Positions 17,713 through 27,926 of a stretch of DNA of 47,777 nt are shown piece after piece. The position numbers and the translations under genes were made by a program. The notes beneath the pieces were generated by a model that worked only from the letters and a program-made list of their open reading frames with translations, was not told where the DNA came from and searched no databases. This DNA is from Elusimicrobiota bacterium (lineage in GTDB: Bacteria; Elusimicrobiota; Elusimicrobia; UBA1565): contig JBDRPD010000029.1 in NCBI GenBank assembly GCA_043827405.1, positions 1 to 47,777 of the forward strand, written 5' to 3'. Position 1 is the stretch's first letter. Every line of letters starts with the position of its first letter.

Positions 17713-19026
17713 ATGGCGACGGGATCACTGGCCGTTTCCGCGCTCAAGCAGCTTTTAGACGCCGACCCGAAACGCGCGGCGATATGGTGCGAGAGCGTCG
17801 ATTCGCAAAAGGCGGCGGCTCTCTTGTCCGCGCTTCCGGAAGCAAGCCTGCAGTTGTGCTTCAGGCACCTGAACCCCTCCTTCGCGGGCCAGGTCTTGGC
17901 CGGGATGAGGCCGCAGCGGGCTTCCTCGCTGCTGGAAGGGCTCGACGAGCAGATAGCGGCGGAGGCTTTTCGCACGATGGAAAACGGCGCGCGCCTGGCG
18001 GTGCTGGATTCCCTCTCCCCCAGCCGCAAGCAGGCGCTGCAGGAACACTTGTCTTATCCCGAAGACAGCGCGGGACGGCTGATGAAAACGGATTTCGCCG
18101 CTTTTCCGCAGGGGATGAAGGTGCGCGATGTGATCGGACGGCTGCGCGCGGCGGTCAAGAAGGGGTCGCCTCCGGCCTACGCCTACGTGGTCGGCGATGA
18201 CCGGAAGCTCAAGGGAGTCCTGGTCATGCGCGACCTGCTTTTTGCGGATCCGGGGGCGCCGATCGAGAGTACGATGGCGATCGGAGTGAAGGCCGTTTCC
18301 GCGTTCACGGATCGCGAGGAGCTGGTGCAGCTGGCGCAGGACCGGCGTTACCTGGCGGTTCCGGTGGTGGACGCGGAAGGGCGGATTCTGGGATCGGTCC
18401 GCATGGCGGAGCTCCTGGAATCGAGCCAGGAAGAGGCCAGCGAGGACCTGCAGCTCATCTTCGGCGTCGGCGCGGACGAGAAGCCGTTTTCGCCGATTTC
18501 CTTCAAGGTGCGCCAGCGGCTGCCGTGGCTTCAGGTCAACCTGATGACCGCGTTTATGGCCGGTGCCGTGGTGGCCTTGTTCGAGGACCTCATCACCAAG
18601 CTCGCCGTGCTGGCGGTATTTCTGCCTATCATCGCGGGTCAGGCCGGGAACGCGGGGACGCAGACCATGGCCGTCATCCTGCGCGGATTGATCATGCGGG
18701 AGATCAAGCCCCGGGACGCTTGGCGGGCTATCGGCACCGAGATGGGCGTGGGCGCGATCAACGGCGTGTTCACCGGCGTGGTGACCGCCGTGGTGGCTTG
18801 GCTGTGGAAGGGGAATCCTTTTCTGGGGCTCGTGGTGGGGCTGGCGATGATTGTCAATCTGGTCGTCGCCGGCGCCGCGGGGGCCGCTATACCGCTGGCC
18901 ATGAAGAGGCTCGGCTTCGATCCGGCCCAGTCCTCCGGCATCATCCTGACCACGGTTACCGATGTGGTGGGGTTCTTCGCCTTCCTGGGATTAGCCGCCA
19001 TCTTCCAGGCGCGGTTGGTCGGCTAG
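17713..19026 (+). CDS. mgtE: Magnesium transporter MgtE
   Basis: YPEDSAGRLM, CBS pair, RLPWL, AGNAGTQT, DPAQSSG..TTVTD. Confidence 0.95.
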   Translation: MATGSLAVSALKQLLDADPKRAAIWCESVDSQKAAALLSALPEASLQLCFRHLNPSFAGQVLAGMRPQRASSLLEGLDEQIAAEAFRTMENGARLAVLDSLSPSRKQALQEHLSYPEDSAGRLMKTDFAAFPQGMKVRDVIGRLRAAVKKGSPPAYAYVVGDDRKLKGVLVMRDLLFADPGAPIESTMAIGVKAVSAFTDREELVQLAQDRRYLAVPVVDAEGRILGSVRMAELLESSQEEASEDLQLIFGVGADEKPFSPISFKVRQRLPWLQVNLMTAFMAGAVVALFEDLITKLAVLAVFLPIIAGQAGNAGTQTMAVILRGLIMREIKPRDAWRAIGTEMGVGAINGVFTGVVTAVVAWLWKGNPFLGLVVGLAMIVNLVVAGAAGAAIPLAMKRLGFDPAQSSGIILTTVTDVVGFFAFLGLAAIFQARLVG

Positions 19027-19078
19027 AAGCGGCATATTCTCCAACTTGCTAGAATCCATCATCCGCGCCGGAGGGATC

Positions 19079-19627
19079 ATGCCGATACCATACCGCCGTC
19101 TTAAGAACGCCGCGCTCCAGGATGTCGCTGCGCACATGTGCGTCGCCGCCCGTACCGCGCCCAAAACCAAGGGCAAGGATTTTCTCATCATCACCGCTCT
19201 GACCAAGGCGGATAAGAATAGGGTTATCGCCGGCATGCGGCGCACCGCCAAGCGCGAAAAGCGTCCGGGCTATGCGCGCGATGCCGGCAACCTCAAGGGG
19301 GTCGACCACGTCGTGGTCCTCGGCGTCAAGTCCGCCGCCGCCGGACTCGACTGCGGCTTCTGCGGGCGCCGGACCTGCAAGGACCTCAAGCGGGCGCGCG
19401 GCGTCTGCGCCTTCAACTCCATCGATTTGGGTATCGCCCTCGGCTCCAGCGCCGCGCTGGCGGCGCGCTTCCACGTCGATAACCGTCTCATGTATTCCAT
19501 CGGCAAAACCGCCATGGACCTCGGCCTGCTGGGCCGGGGCGTCGTGCAGGCCATCGGCATTCCGCTCGCGGCCACGGGCAAGAGTCCCTTCTTCGATCGC
19601 GAGAGCAAAAAGAAGACCAAGAAGTGA
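19079..19627 (+). CDS. DUF2148 / ferredoxin-domain protein
   Basis: AARTAPK, CGFCGRRTC, CAFNSIDLGIALGS, VDNRLMYSIG; SD GGAGG. Confidence 0.85.
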   Translation: MPIPYRRLKNAALQDVAAHMCVAARTAPKTKGKDFLIITALTKADKNRVIAGMRRTAKREKRPGYARDAGNLKGVDHVVVLGVKSAAAGLDCGFCGRRTCKDLKRARGVCAFNSIDLGIALGSSAALAARFHVDNRLMYSIGKTAMDLGLLGRGVVQAIGIPLAATGKSPFFDRESKKKTKK

Positions 19628-19645
19628 ATTAGCTATACTGGCGGC

Positions 19646-20674
19646 ATGCCAGGGATTCTCGCGGCCCTCATCCTGCTGCTCGCGTCGGCCCCCGCGGCCG
19701 CGCGCAAGCTTCCTACCGACAAAGCGACCCAGAGCATCGCCGCCGATATCGAGAAGCAGATACCCAAGCAGAGCCGTGTGCTGATCGCCGACCTCAACGA
19801 TCTGGACGGCCGCATCACCTACTTCGGGCGCTATCTTTCCGACAAGCTGGAGACCGCTTTGGTCATGCGTAAGCCGGATTTTGTCGTCGTCGACCGCAGC
19901 AAGCTCGACCTCACGCTGGAGGAAATCCAGCTGCAGAAGGCGGGGCTCATCGATGATGCCACCATAACGCAGCTGGGGAAGATGCTCGGCGCCAGCGTCA
20001 TCGTCTACGGCAGCGTTACCGACCTCGACGACGCGATCGATATCGACGTGAAGATCCGCAATATCGAAACTTCGGCCGCGCTGGGCGGCGCGACGCGCAA
20101 GCTCAAGAAAACCGCGCGCCTGGCGCAGCTGGTGCGCACCGTCATCAAGACCGAGCAGGACAAGGAGCGGGAACTGGAGGAGTACCGGGCGAAGGTCCGC
20201 AAGGATATCGAGATCGACCGGGATAGGCGGATCGCGGCGATTAAGAGCGAAGAAGCGGAGAAGCGGGCGAAGCTGGCCGAGCTCGACAAGGAAATGCGCC
20301 TAAAGTCCGAGGTCCTCGCCGAGTACGAGCGCAAAAAGCAGGCGCTCGACGGACAGGAGGCGCGCCTGTCGGAGATTCACTCCGAGATCGGGCGGCTCAA
20401 CCGCGGCGTGCCGGGCAAGCTCAAGGTCGGCATGACCCTGGCGCAGGTCAACGCGGCGCTCGAGCTCCAGCCGGAGCTTACGCCCGACGACGAGGGCTGC
20501 TATCTGGTCGGCCGCTACTTTCTGCTGTTCCAGGGCGGGGCGCTCAGCGGCGTGATCCTAAACGGCAGCGTCGGCGAGATCAAGTCCCCGTATTCCCGGA
20601 GCTTCTTTAAGGGTACGCTGACGGTGGACAGCTGCGCGACGGCCGCGGCTTTCGGGAAGAACCGCGCGCGATGA
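19646..20674 (+). CDS. Exported FlgO/CsgG-like domain protein with a coiled-coil segment
   Basis: Signal peptide; VVDRSKLDLTLEEIQLQ..GLID...LGKMLGASVIVYGSV (CsgG/FlgO-like), then a long charged helix. Confidence 0.65.
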   Translation: MPGILAALILLLASAPAAARKLPTDKATQSIAADIEKQIPKQSRVLIADLNDLDGRITYFGRYLSDKLETALVMRKPDFVVVDRSKLDLTLEEIQLQKAGLIDDATITQLGKMLGASVIVYGSVTDLDDAIDIDVKIRNIETSAALGGATRKLKKTARLAQLVRTVIKTEQDKERELEEYRAKVRKDIEIDRDRRIAAIKSEEAEKRAKLAELDKEMRLKSEVLAEYERKKQALDGQEARLSEIHSEIGRLNRGVPGKLKVGMTLAQVNAALELQPELTPDDEGCYLVGRYFLLFQGGALSGVILNGSVGEIKSPYSRSFFKGTLTVDSCATAAAFGKNRAR

Positions 20675-21837
20675 CTTTCCGGCTTATCGCCCTCCTGGTC
20701 CTGTGGACCGCGCCCGCGGCCGCGCAGGAAGACGGCGCGATCCGCAGCGAGAGCGGCCGCGTTCAATTCGAGTTCGACCTGGAAGACGTCAAGCGGCCGG
20801 AGCCCGCGCCTCTCCAAGCGATAAAGATCGCTCCCCGGCCCAGCCCCGCGCCCCCCCAGCCCACTCCCAAACCCAAGCCCACTCCCAAACCCAAGTCCCC
20901 GATGGCCAAGAATGTGCCGCCGGCGAAGCCGGCTCCAGCGCCGCAAAAAGCCGCGCCGCGAATTGAACCCGTCGTCAAAGTCGAGCCGCCGCCCGCCGCA
21001 CCCGCGCCGGAACGCGGCGGCCGCGCGCTGCTGCTGCTGGGCGCGGTCGTGTTTGCCGCGGGCTGCATTTGGTTTTTGCTGCGGCGGCGGGAGCCGGAAG
21101 AAAGCTCTCCCGCGATCGCGGATGCGCCGGCTCCCGTCGAAGATTCGGCGGCGGCTCCGGGTGACGAACGGTTCAAGTTCAAGCGCGTTATCTCTGAAGG
21201 CGAAGGCCGCGCCGTCTGGGAGGCTCGCGACAACGAGCTGCAGCGCGATGCGGCCGTGAAAAGGCTCTTCGGCCTGGACGCGGATGAGCGGCGGCGGCTC
21301 ATGCGGGATGCCCGGGCGGCCGCCGCGCTCAAGCATCCGAATATTCTCGAGGTCTACGATGTCGTCGAGTGCGGCGACGAGCTCCGGCTGGTCTGCGAGC
21401 TGATGCGCGGCAAGACGCTGCGCGACTTCCTGCGGGCCCGCAAGCGCCTGCCGCTGTACCTGGCGGTCATGACCTTGACGCGGGTGTGCCGCGCGCTGGA
21501 ACATGCGCATGCGAACGGAATCGTGCACGGCGGGCTGGAGCCCGCGCGCGTTATGGTAAGCGACTGCGGCGACGTCAAGGTTATGGGTTTCGGCCTCGCG
21601 GGAGAAGCGAAGCCGGCGGCGGACGTGCGCGCGCTCGGCGTCTGCTTCTATCAGCTGCTGACCGGCGCCCCGCCGGAGCCGACGGGCGACTATGTTCCCG
21701 TTAACAGTAGTATCCCCGAACTGCCGCCGGAAGTCGACGCGCTTATCGCGGCGGCGCTGCGCGGAGAGCTTAGCGGCGCGTCACCGTTCGCGGCCCGAAT
21801 GGCCGCGCTCCCCATGGTCGGCCATACCGCCGCCTGA
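20671..21837 (+). CDS. Membrane-anchored Hanks-type protein kinase-like protein, probable pseudokinase
   Basis: Signal peptide, Pro-rich linker, TM; AAVK, LKHPNILEVYD. The catalytic motifs are HGGLEPAR and VMGFG instead of HRDLKPxN and DFG. Confidence 0.8.
   Translation: MTFRLIALLVLWTAPAAAQEDGAIRSESGRVQFEFDLEDVKRPEPAPLQAIKIAPRPSPAPPQPTPKPKPTPKPKSPMAKNVPPAKPAPAPQKAAPRIEPVVKVEPPPAAPAPERGGRALLLLGAVVFAAGCIWFLLRRREPEESSPAIADAPAPVEDSAAAPGDERFKFKRVISEGEGRAVWEARDNELQRDAAVKRLFGLDADERRRLMRDARAAAALKHPNILEVYDVVECGDELRLVCELMRGKTLRDFLRARKRLPLYLAVMTLTRVCRALEHAHANGIVHGGLEPARVMVSDCGDVKVMGFGLAGEAKPAADVRALGVCFYQLLTGAPPEPTGDYVPVNSSIPELPPEVDALIAAALRGELSGASPFAARMAALPMVGHTAA
20858..20895 (+). repeat. 18-bp in-frame tandem duplication in the Pro-rich linker (PTPKPK x2)
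   Basis: AGCCCACTCCCAAACCCA twice. Confidence 0.85.
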
Positions 21838-21849
21838 CCTCTTGTCGTC

Positions 21850-22764
21850 CTACTGCCCCCAGCGCATCCCGAGGCTGATCTGGTGCGAGGCGCCGAGCTC
21901 GCCGCAGGGGACGAGAGCGTAATCGAAGCCGTAGTCCTTCAGTATCAGCCCGAAGCCGAAGGAGAATCCGGGACCCGCATCGTTGCGCGTGTTCTGCCCG
22001 AAGCGTACGACGAACCGTTCGTAGAACGTCGCGGCGGCGCCCGCGTTGATGACGAGCTCGCGCTCCGACGCTTTGTTGAGGTCCAGGGAAACGCCGACCG
22101 GCACGCCGAAAACGGGCAGGCTCAAGGCGGCGCCGCCCCGTACGTTGAGCGGCAGGGGCTCCGACTGCGACTGAAACCGCACCTTGGTGCCGATATGCTG
22201 CACCGCGAGCCCGAGGACCAGTCCCGGCTCCTCCATGACGACCGCCTGCAGACCCAGGTCGCCCGCCCAGGCCGCCCCCGCGGTGTCGTCGATGGTCTGC
22301 CGGATGTATTTGATCGCCGCGCCCGTGGTCAGCCCGTCAAAGACCGTTATCCCGATGCCGGCGGCGATGACGGTGGCCGCGGGCTGGAAGCCGCTGGTCC
22401 CCGCCCCCGAGGGGTTGGACAGCGTCGTGCGGCCGATCTCGCCGAATGTCAAGCGGTCAAAGCTGAGGCCGAAACCGGAGCGCAGCGCGGCCGCGATGCG
22501 TTCGCGCTGGACGCTCTGAAATTGGCTGGTGTGCATAAACGACGCGTGATTCCGGTCGAGGGATGCGAGGCCGGCGGGATTGTAGGCGAGAACGTTGGCG
22601 TCGTTGCGCCCCGCCGTAAAGGCCCCGCCCAGGGCCGATTGGCGCGCGCCGCTCTCCATGAACAGGAAGTCGAAGGGGTCCGCCCCGGCGAAGCAGGACG
22701 CGGCGCGCGGCCGGCAAGCCGCCGCCAGCAGCAGAAGCGCGAGGAGCGCAAGGCGGCGGCTCAT
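21850..22764 (-). CDS. PorV/PorQ (UPF0164)-family beta-barrel protein
   Basis: FLFMESGARQSALGGAF...YNPAGLA, GAAIKYI, LPLNVRGG, DYALVPCGELGASHQISL. Start 22764 (MSRRLALL...) overlaps the upstream stop (ATGA). Confidence 0.85.
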   Translation of the reverse strand: MSRRLALLALLLLAAACRPRAASCFAGADPFDFLFMESGARQSALGGAFTAGRNDANVLAYNPAGLASLDRNHASFMHTSQFQSVQRERIAAALRSGFGLSFDRLTFGEIGRTTLSNPSGAGTSGFQPAATVIAAGIGITVFDGLTTGAAIKYIRQTIDDTAGAAWAGDLGLQAVVMEEPGLVLGLAVQHIGTKVRFQSQSEPLPLNVRGGAALSLPVFGVPVGVSLDLNKASERELVINAGAAATFYERFVVRFGQNTRNDAGPGFSFGFGLILKDYGFDYALVPCGELGASHQISLGMRWGQ

Positions 22765-25700
22765 CGGATTATGGCGATCTTGCGCACGATCGCGTTCTCC
22801 CCGTCGCTGGTAATGACCGCGAAGTAGATGCCGGAAGCGACCTCGCGGCTGTCGCCGTTGCGCGCGTCCCAGCGGTAGATGCCGCCGGCGGAGATCAAGC
22901 GGCTCTCCCATACCAGCGAGCCGTTAACCGTATAGATCTTGATCTTCGATGAGGGCGTCAGGTTGTCGAACAGGATGCCCGAGGTGGAGTCGCCCGCGCT
23001 GTAGGGCTTGCCCTCGTCGGGATTGCCGCCGTTGGGCTTGTACGGCACCGGATAGACGCGTACCGCGCTGAGATCGCCGGCGCTGGGCGAAAACAGCCCG
23101 AATAGGCTGAAATGCGGCGTATAGCCGATGACGGTGGAATAGTCGTCGCCGGCGACGCCGCTGGGAAAATCACGCTTCCAGGAGGCGCTCGCGGCATCGT
23201 AGACGTAGATGGCCAGGTTGTCCACGCGGACCGTCGTGCCGTCGACCCGGTTGTCGTTGTCGCGGTCGAGCCGGGAAAAGCGCAGCGCTGCGGTCCGGCC
23301 GGCGGCCAGATCCGTCTGCCCGTTGGCGAGCGTGATTTCGCGGAATATGCCGGGGTTGCCCAATGTCCACGGCAGCGCCGGAGTCACTGTCGGGCTGCTG
23401 ATGATCTGCAGGTAGGTGGAGTCCGTATTGAGCGCTCCGGAGGCGATGGTGATGCGGGTCAGCACCGCGCTGCCGGCATCGGCCAGCGTAGTTTCGATGG
23501 GGACTGTGTTGCGCACGCGCGTGCGCTGCTGGATGCTGCCGCCCACGACGCGTTCATCCACGTCCGGATCACTGGTGTTTACGAACAGGCGGATCGGTGT
23601 CGGGAAGGGATCATCGCCGCCGCCGGCGTCGCGGGCGACGGCGCGCAGGTCATAGGCGTTGTCGGGCAGGGCGGTGACGTCCCAGTGCACGGCGTAGGGA
23701 AATTCTGTCGCAGGATTCGGATGGCCGGCTTCCTGCGGCGTGATGTCGGTCCAGTTGGGTGCGCCTACCAGGCGGTACTGAAACAGTACGCGGCTGACCT
23801 GCGCCGGGGAGCCCTGCGCCAATTCGGCGACGATTCCGACCCGGTCGCCCGACACCTTCGCGGTATTGGGGGGGTGGGTGATATGAGCCGCGGCGGGAAA
23901 CGGCGCCGTCAGAGCCACCACGGAGGCGACGACGGAGGTGTTCACCTCTTCCAGTCCGGTTTCGTCGCGCGCGCGCAGGGCGAAAAGATAGGTCGTTCCG
24001 TCGGCCAGCGCTCCGGTGGTGTAGGAAGTGGTGGGGCTGGTAACACTGGCGAACAAGACGCCGTAATCGACCGTCCCCGTGCCGCCGTCGCTGTAGATGC
24101 TGTAGCGGACAACGGTAGTGGTAGGCGAAATGGACCATTCCAGAAGCACCCGGGCGCCGCTTAAGGGTTCGGCGCGAAGTCCGCCGGGCGGCTCGGGCGC
24201 GCTGCCGACCAGAAAGGTGCTGACGACGACATCGAAGGAGGTGGGGATGTTCTCGAAGTTCAGGGCGCGGACGCGGAAGTAATGGGTTGTGAGGCCCAGC
24301 AGCGAGAATGCGCTGATGGTTTTGGTCGAGGCGCTCCCCGCCAGCGTGTACGACGTGAACGCGATATACTGCGCGGCGTCGGTCGAATGCTCCACTTCAT
24401 AGGTGGTCAGAAAGTCCGAGTTCTGGCTGGTGCTCCATGCCATGGTGATGCTGGAGACGAAGACGCCGGTGATCTGGCTGTTGGCGGGAGGATTGGCCTG
24501 CGTATAGATCGTGGTCGCTGGAGAGAGAACACCGACGCCGGAATTAGTGACGGGGGCCACCTGCAGTACATGGCGGCTGCTGGGGCCGAGCCCGGTTTCC
24601 ACCAAGGTCGTTGTCGTTGTTGCGGCGATGACGGCGCTGCGGTCGTTGAGGGCGCCGGTCCCCGAGGCGATGTAGAGGTCGTAGCGGTCGACGGCGGGCC
24701 CGCCCGTATTGATCCAGTTCCAGGTGATGGAAGTGATGCCGACCTGCGAGGTCGTCGGCGCGGCGAGCCGGGACGGGTGCGTCGGCGTGGACAGGGGGGC
24801 GGCAAAGAGGGTTAGGTATTCCGCGGCGCTCTTCGCTCGGATCTTGAACCAGTAGGTCGTCCCCGCCTCCAGGTTCCCCTGCGAGGTGAACGAGCTGATG
24901 AAGTTGGCGGAAAAGGGCAAGGGCGTGGAGATATCGGTCGCGAAGTCGTCGGTGGAGCGCAGCAACTCGTATGGCGTGCCGATTGGATTATTGGCCCGGT
25001 CCCAGGTCAGGTTGATCGTGGTCGAACTGGTGAACGTCGCGTTCAGCCCGGCGGGCGCCGCCGCGAACGTGTAGGTGGAGGCGTGCGCGCTTAGGCCGCC
25101 CGAGCCGTGGCTGTTAAACGGCTCGACGTAGATGCTGTTGACCGTATTGGTGGCCAAGATGGTCCCGGTGTAGTTGGTGGCGCTGATGGTCGCGACGACG
25201 ACGTTGGCCGTGGGGTTGTAGACGCGGTACTGCACCGCGGGTCCCCCGGAGTTCCAGCTCCAGCTCATCGATGTGATCCCGATGTCGGTTATGGTGAGCC
25301 CCGTGAGCGGGGGCGGGCGCGTATGCGTGGAGACGGTCGCGGAGAAGCTGGAGATAAACGCGTTGCCGTTGCGGGCGCGGACGCGGGCATAGTAGGTGGT
25401 TCCGAGCTCGAGCGCCAGGACGTCGGTCGTCGTCTGCGTCCAGTTGTCGGTGAACACCACCGGCGTCGAGACGATGGTGGCGAAATCATCGGTCGAGATG
25501 GAGATTTCGTACGGGGTGTTGTTGGCGTTGTCGTTCTTGCCCCAGGCAAGGGTGAGGCTTGACAGGTAGACCCCCGTTATCGCGGGGCTGTCGGGAGGGT
25601 TGGCCAGGGTGAAGACGCTGCCGTTGGTCCCGGTATCGGTGGAGGAGAACATGTCGTCCGGCGCCGCCACGTGAGCGAGGACGCTTACGAAGATGAGCTG

Positions 25701-27809
25701 GTTGGGCGAGAGGCCGGTGATGAGTCCGGTCTCCTGGCCGCCCGTTCCGGCCTTGTCGGATGTGGCGATGGTCGAGACGCCGACGACCAGCAGCGCGGTC
25801 GGCCCGTAGGAGATGGGGAACTCGTCTTCCGACGTGGACTTGTCCGTGAGCTTCACCTCGATCTGCGTGGTGGACAAGGCCGTCAGGGAGTCCAGGCTGG
25901 GCGACGACGGGAGGATGTTGTACTGGATAGTGACCGATGTCAGGGCCGGAGTGGAGAAGGTGCTGGTGGAATAGAGTACGGTGCGGTACTGGAAGAAGCG
26001 GTCATCTTTGCCGTCGCGGTGCGTGGGATGGATGCCGTCGCCTCCGGCGGCGTCGGTGAAGTAGTCTCCGGTTCCGGTGGGGCCTAGCCAAGAGGTATAG
26101 GTCGCGGGGAATCCGGAGCCGTCATCGGAGGCGGTGCGAATCTGGAACTGTACCGTCGTGTTCCCCGGCAGAACGGCTTCCCAGCGGATCGCCTGCAGCA
26201 CGTTGGCGTGGCTCCCCGAATCGAATGCGCTCGACACCAAAGTCGAGCTGGCGGCGGTCTGCGTATAGGTGATCGCCAGGTCCTCAAGCACGGCGGTCGT
26301 CGAGATGTCGGTGCGGGTGAACGAGGCGATGTACTGGACATAGCGCTGGTCCCCGAAGGCGGCCAAGGAAGCGCCGTTGGTTACGGTCGCGCTGGCGCCC
26401 GAGTTCGTCCAAGTCCCGTCCGGCACCTGCGTATTGCCGGCGCGCACGCCGATATCGAGGCCGACGAGGGGGCCGAACGGAGCGGCGGGGCTCCAGGATA
26501 TCGTTCCGAGGTCGGACAGGTTGCCGGTATCGAATACCGATGAGATGTAAGCCGCCGAGGTATAGGCGATGTATTCGATGATCTGGTCGAAGTCTCCGGG
26601 CGTGCCGCTGGAGGCGCCGAAGCCGTAAATGCGCAGGGTCTCGGTATCCTGGGCGACCGCCATGCCCGCCCGTGCGCTGGGCAAGGTGATCGGACGCACG
26701 GTTAGGGTGTCGACGACAGGATCGAAGACCATGATGTCGTCATAGGCGGTTGCGGCGACGCCGCCGAACAGGTGGATTTTATGGTCTTCGGTGCTGTAGA
26801 CGGCGGATACCTTGCGGCGGGGCGCCGGCAGCACCGAGGTCATCGGCGTGACCGTCCCCGCGATGGGATCGAAAGCCAATATCGTGTCCAGGTCGCCGCC
26901 GGCGTCGGTGCCGCCGAACAGAAAGACCTTGGTGGTCCCCGGCTGCAAAACCGCCGTCATGCCGTAGCGCGGGGTCGGCAGGGTCGCGGGGGCGAAGTTG
27001 GCGACCGTGCCGATTGCGGGGATGTACTCCACAATCTGGTCGAGCAAGGTCCCGTTCTCATCGATGCCGCCGAAAATGTAGATACGGGAGTTGTTCGGCG
27101 TGGGGCTGTAGGGGACGTAGGCGGCGGCGGCGAGCGCGCGCGAGGAGGGCAGGACCTCGTTGCGCTTGATTGAGCTGTTGATGCTGGGAGTGTAGGAGAA
27201 TATGCTCTCGAGCGCCGTCGTCTCGCTGGAACCGCCGATGACGAAAATGGTGTTGAAGGGCGCGTGATAGGCGCCGGCGGCCTCGCCGACATATCCTTTG
27301 AGGTTGGGGAAGGCGCTCGATATCGTATCGGTGCGTCCTTCGTAGCGGTGGATGTCGCGGGACGCGGAGCCGTCGCTGTTGCGGCCGCCGAGCAGCCAAA
27401 TGTAGCCGGTGCCGGGCTCGTTGACCGCGACGATGTCGCCGCGCGTCTGCAGCAGCGACATGGCGCGGGGCGCGACGGAATCTCCCGCCAGCATGGTGAG
27501 CTCGGCGGCCGCTCCGGTGCCGGTCACCGTGGTCGTGCTGTGGGTTCGTCCCGGGAGATTAAAGCCCGTCACGCCCGTTCCCTCGTCGGTCTGCAGCCAG
27601 GTGCGGCCGATCGTCTGCTTGAGCTCCGGGAGGCCGCCGGTGATAACGATGTCGCCTTGCGCGGAGTCGTAGCCCGGCCAGCCGGTGGCGGCCGTGGTTG
27701 TTGAGCCGGCGCCGGCGCCGCTTTGCCAATTATTCTGCACCCAGACCAAAGAATAGGCCGGTTGAAGAACCGCGAAAAAGATGAAAAACGCAATAAACCT
27801 TGCAGTCAT
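22761..27809 (-). CDS. Large secreted kelch / fibronectin-III / Ig protein with a T9SS-type-A/FlgD-like C-terminal domain
   Basis: Signal peptide; six kelch-like blades (IWLLGG, IFVIGG, IYIFGG, VFLFGG, IHLFGG, IYGFGA); FN3 repeats (LELGTTYYARVRARN etc.); CTD VRVYPVPYKP...IKIYTVNGSLV...WDARN...VASGIYF...KIAIIR. Confidence 0.85.
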   Translation of the reverse strand: MTARFIAFFIFFAVLQPAYSLVWVQNNWQSGAGAGSTTTAATGWPGYDSAQGDIVITGGLPELKQTIGRTWLQTDEGTGVTGFNLPGRTHSTTTVTGTGAAAELTMLAGDSVAPRAMSLLQTRGDIVAVNEPGTGYIWLLGGRNSDGSASRDIHRYEGRTDTISSAFPNLKGYVGEAAGAYHAPFNTIFVIGGSSETTALESIFSYTPSINSSIKRNEVLPSSRALAAAAYVPYSPTPNNSRIYIFGGIDENGTLLDQIVEYIPAIGTVANFAPATLPTPRYGMTAVLQPGTTKVFLFGGTDAGGDLDTILAFDPIAGTVTPMTSVLPAPRRKVSAVYSTEDHKIHLFGGVAATAYDDIMVFDPVVDTLTVRPITLPSARAGMAVAQDTETLRIYGFGASSGTPGDFDQIIEYIAYTSAAYISSVFDTGNLSDLGTISWSPAAPFGPLVGLDIGVRAGNTQVPDGTWTNSGASATVTNGASLAAFGDQRYVQYIASFTRTDISTTAVLEDLAITYTQTAASSTLVSSAFDSGSHANVLQAIRWEAVLPGNTTVQFQIRTASDDGSGFPATYTSWLGPTGTGDYFTDAAGGDGIHPTHRDGKDDRFFQYRTVLYSTSTFSTPALTSVTIQYNILPSSPSLDSLTALSTTQIEVKLTDKSTSEDEFPISYGPTALLVVGVSTIATSDKAGTGGQETGLITGLSPNQLIFVSVLAHVAAPDDMFSSTDTGTNGSVFTLANPPDSPAITGVYLSSLTLAWGKNDNANNTPYEISISTDDFATIVSTPVVFTDNWTQTTTDVLALELGTTYYARVRARNGNAFISSFSATVSTHTRPPPLTGLTITDIGITSMSWSWNSGGPAVQYRVYNPTANVVVATISATNYTGTILATNTVNSIYVEPFNSHGSGGLSAHASTYTFAAAPAGLNATFTSSTTINLTWDRANNPIGTPYELLRSTDDFATDISTPLPFSANFISSFTSQGNLEAGTTYWFKIRAKSAAEYLTLFAAPLSTPTHPSRLAAPTTSQVGITSITWNWINTGGPAVDRYDLYIASGTGALNDRSAVIAATTTTTLVETGLGPSSRHVLQVAPVTNSGVGVLSPATTIYTQANPPANSQITGVFVSSITMAWSTSQNSDFLTTYEVEHSTDAAQYIAFTSYTLAGSASTKTISAFSLLGLTTHYFRVRALNFENIPTSFDVVVSTFLVGSAPEPPGGLRAEPLSGARVLLEWSISPTTTVVRYSIYSDGGTGTVDYGVLFASVTSPTTSYTTGALADGTTYLFALRARDETGLEEVNTSVVASVVALTAPFPAAAHITHPPNTAKVSGDRVGIVAELAQGSPAQVSRVLFQYRLVGAPNWTDITPQEAGHPNPATEFPYAVHWDVTALPDNAYDLRAVARDAGGGDDPFPTPIRLFVNTSDPDVDERVVGGSIQQRTRVRNTVPIETTLADAGSAVLTRITIASGALNTDSTYLQIISSPTVTPALPWTLGNPGIFREITLANGQTDLAAGRTAALRFSRLDRDNDNRVDGTTVRVDNLAIYVYDAASASWKRDFPSGVAGDDYSTVIGYTPHFSLFGLFSPSAGDLSAVRVYPVPYKPNGGNPDEGKPYSAGDSTSGILFDNLTPSSKIKIYTVNGSLVWESRLISAGGIYRWDARNGDSREVASGIYFAVITSDGENAIVRKIAIIR

Positions 27810-27926
27810 TTGGGTACTGGCGCCCTAATTCAGTGTAATCGGGATATGTTGCATCCTCAAGTCCTTGCGAAGGTGACTTTTGCGTGCTCTTGTTTTTCCG
27901 ACGACGGGGCGATATACTTCAAACAG

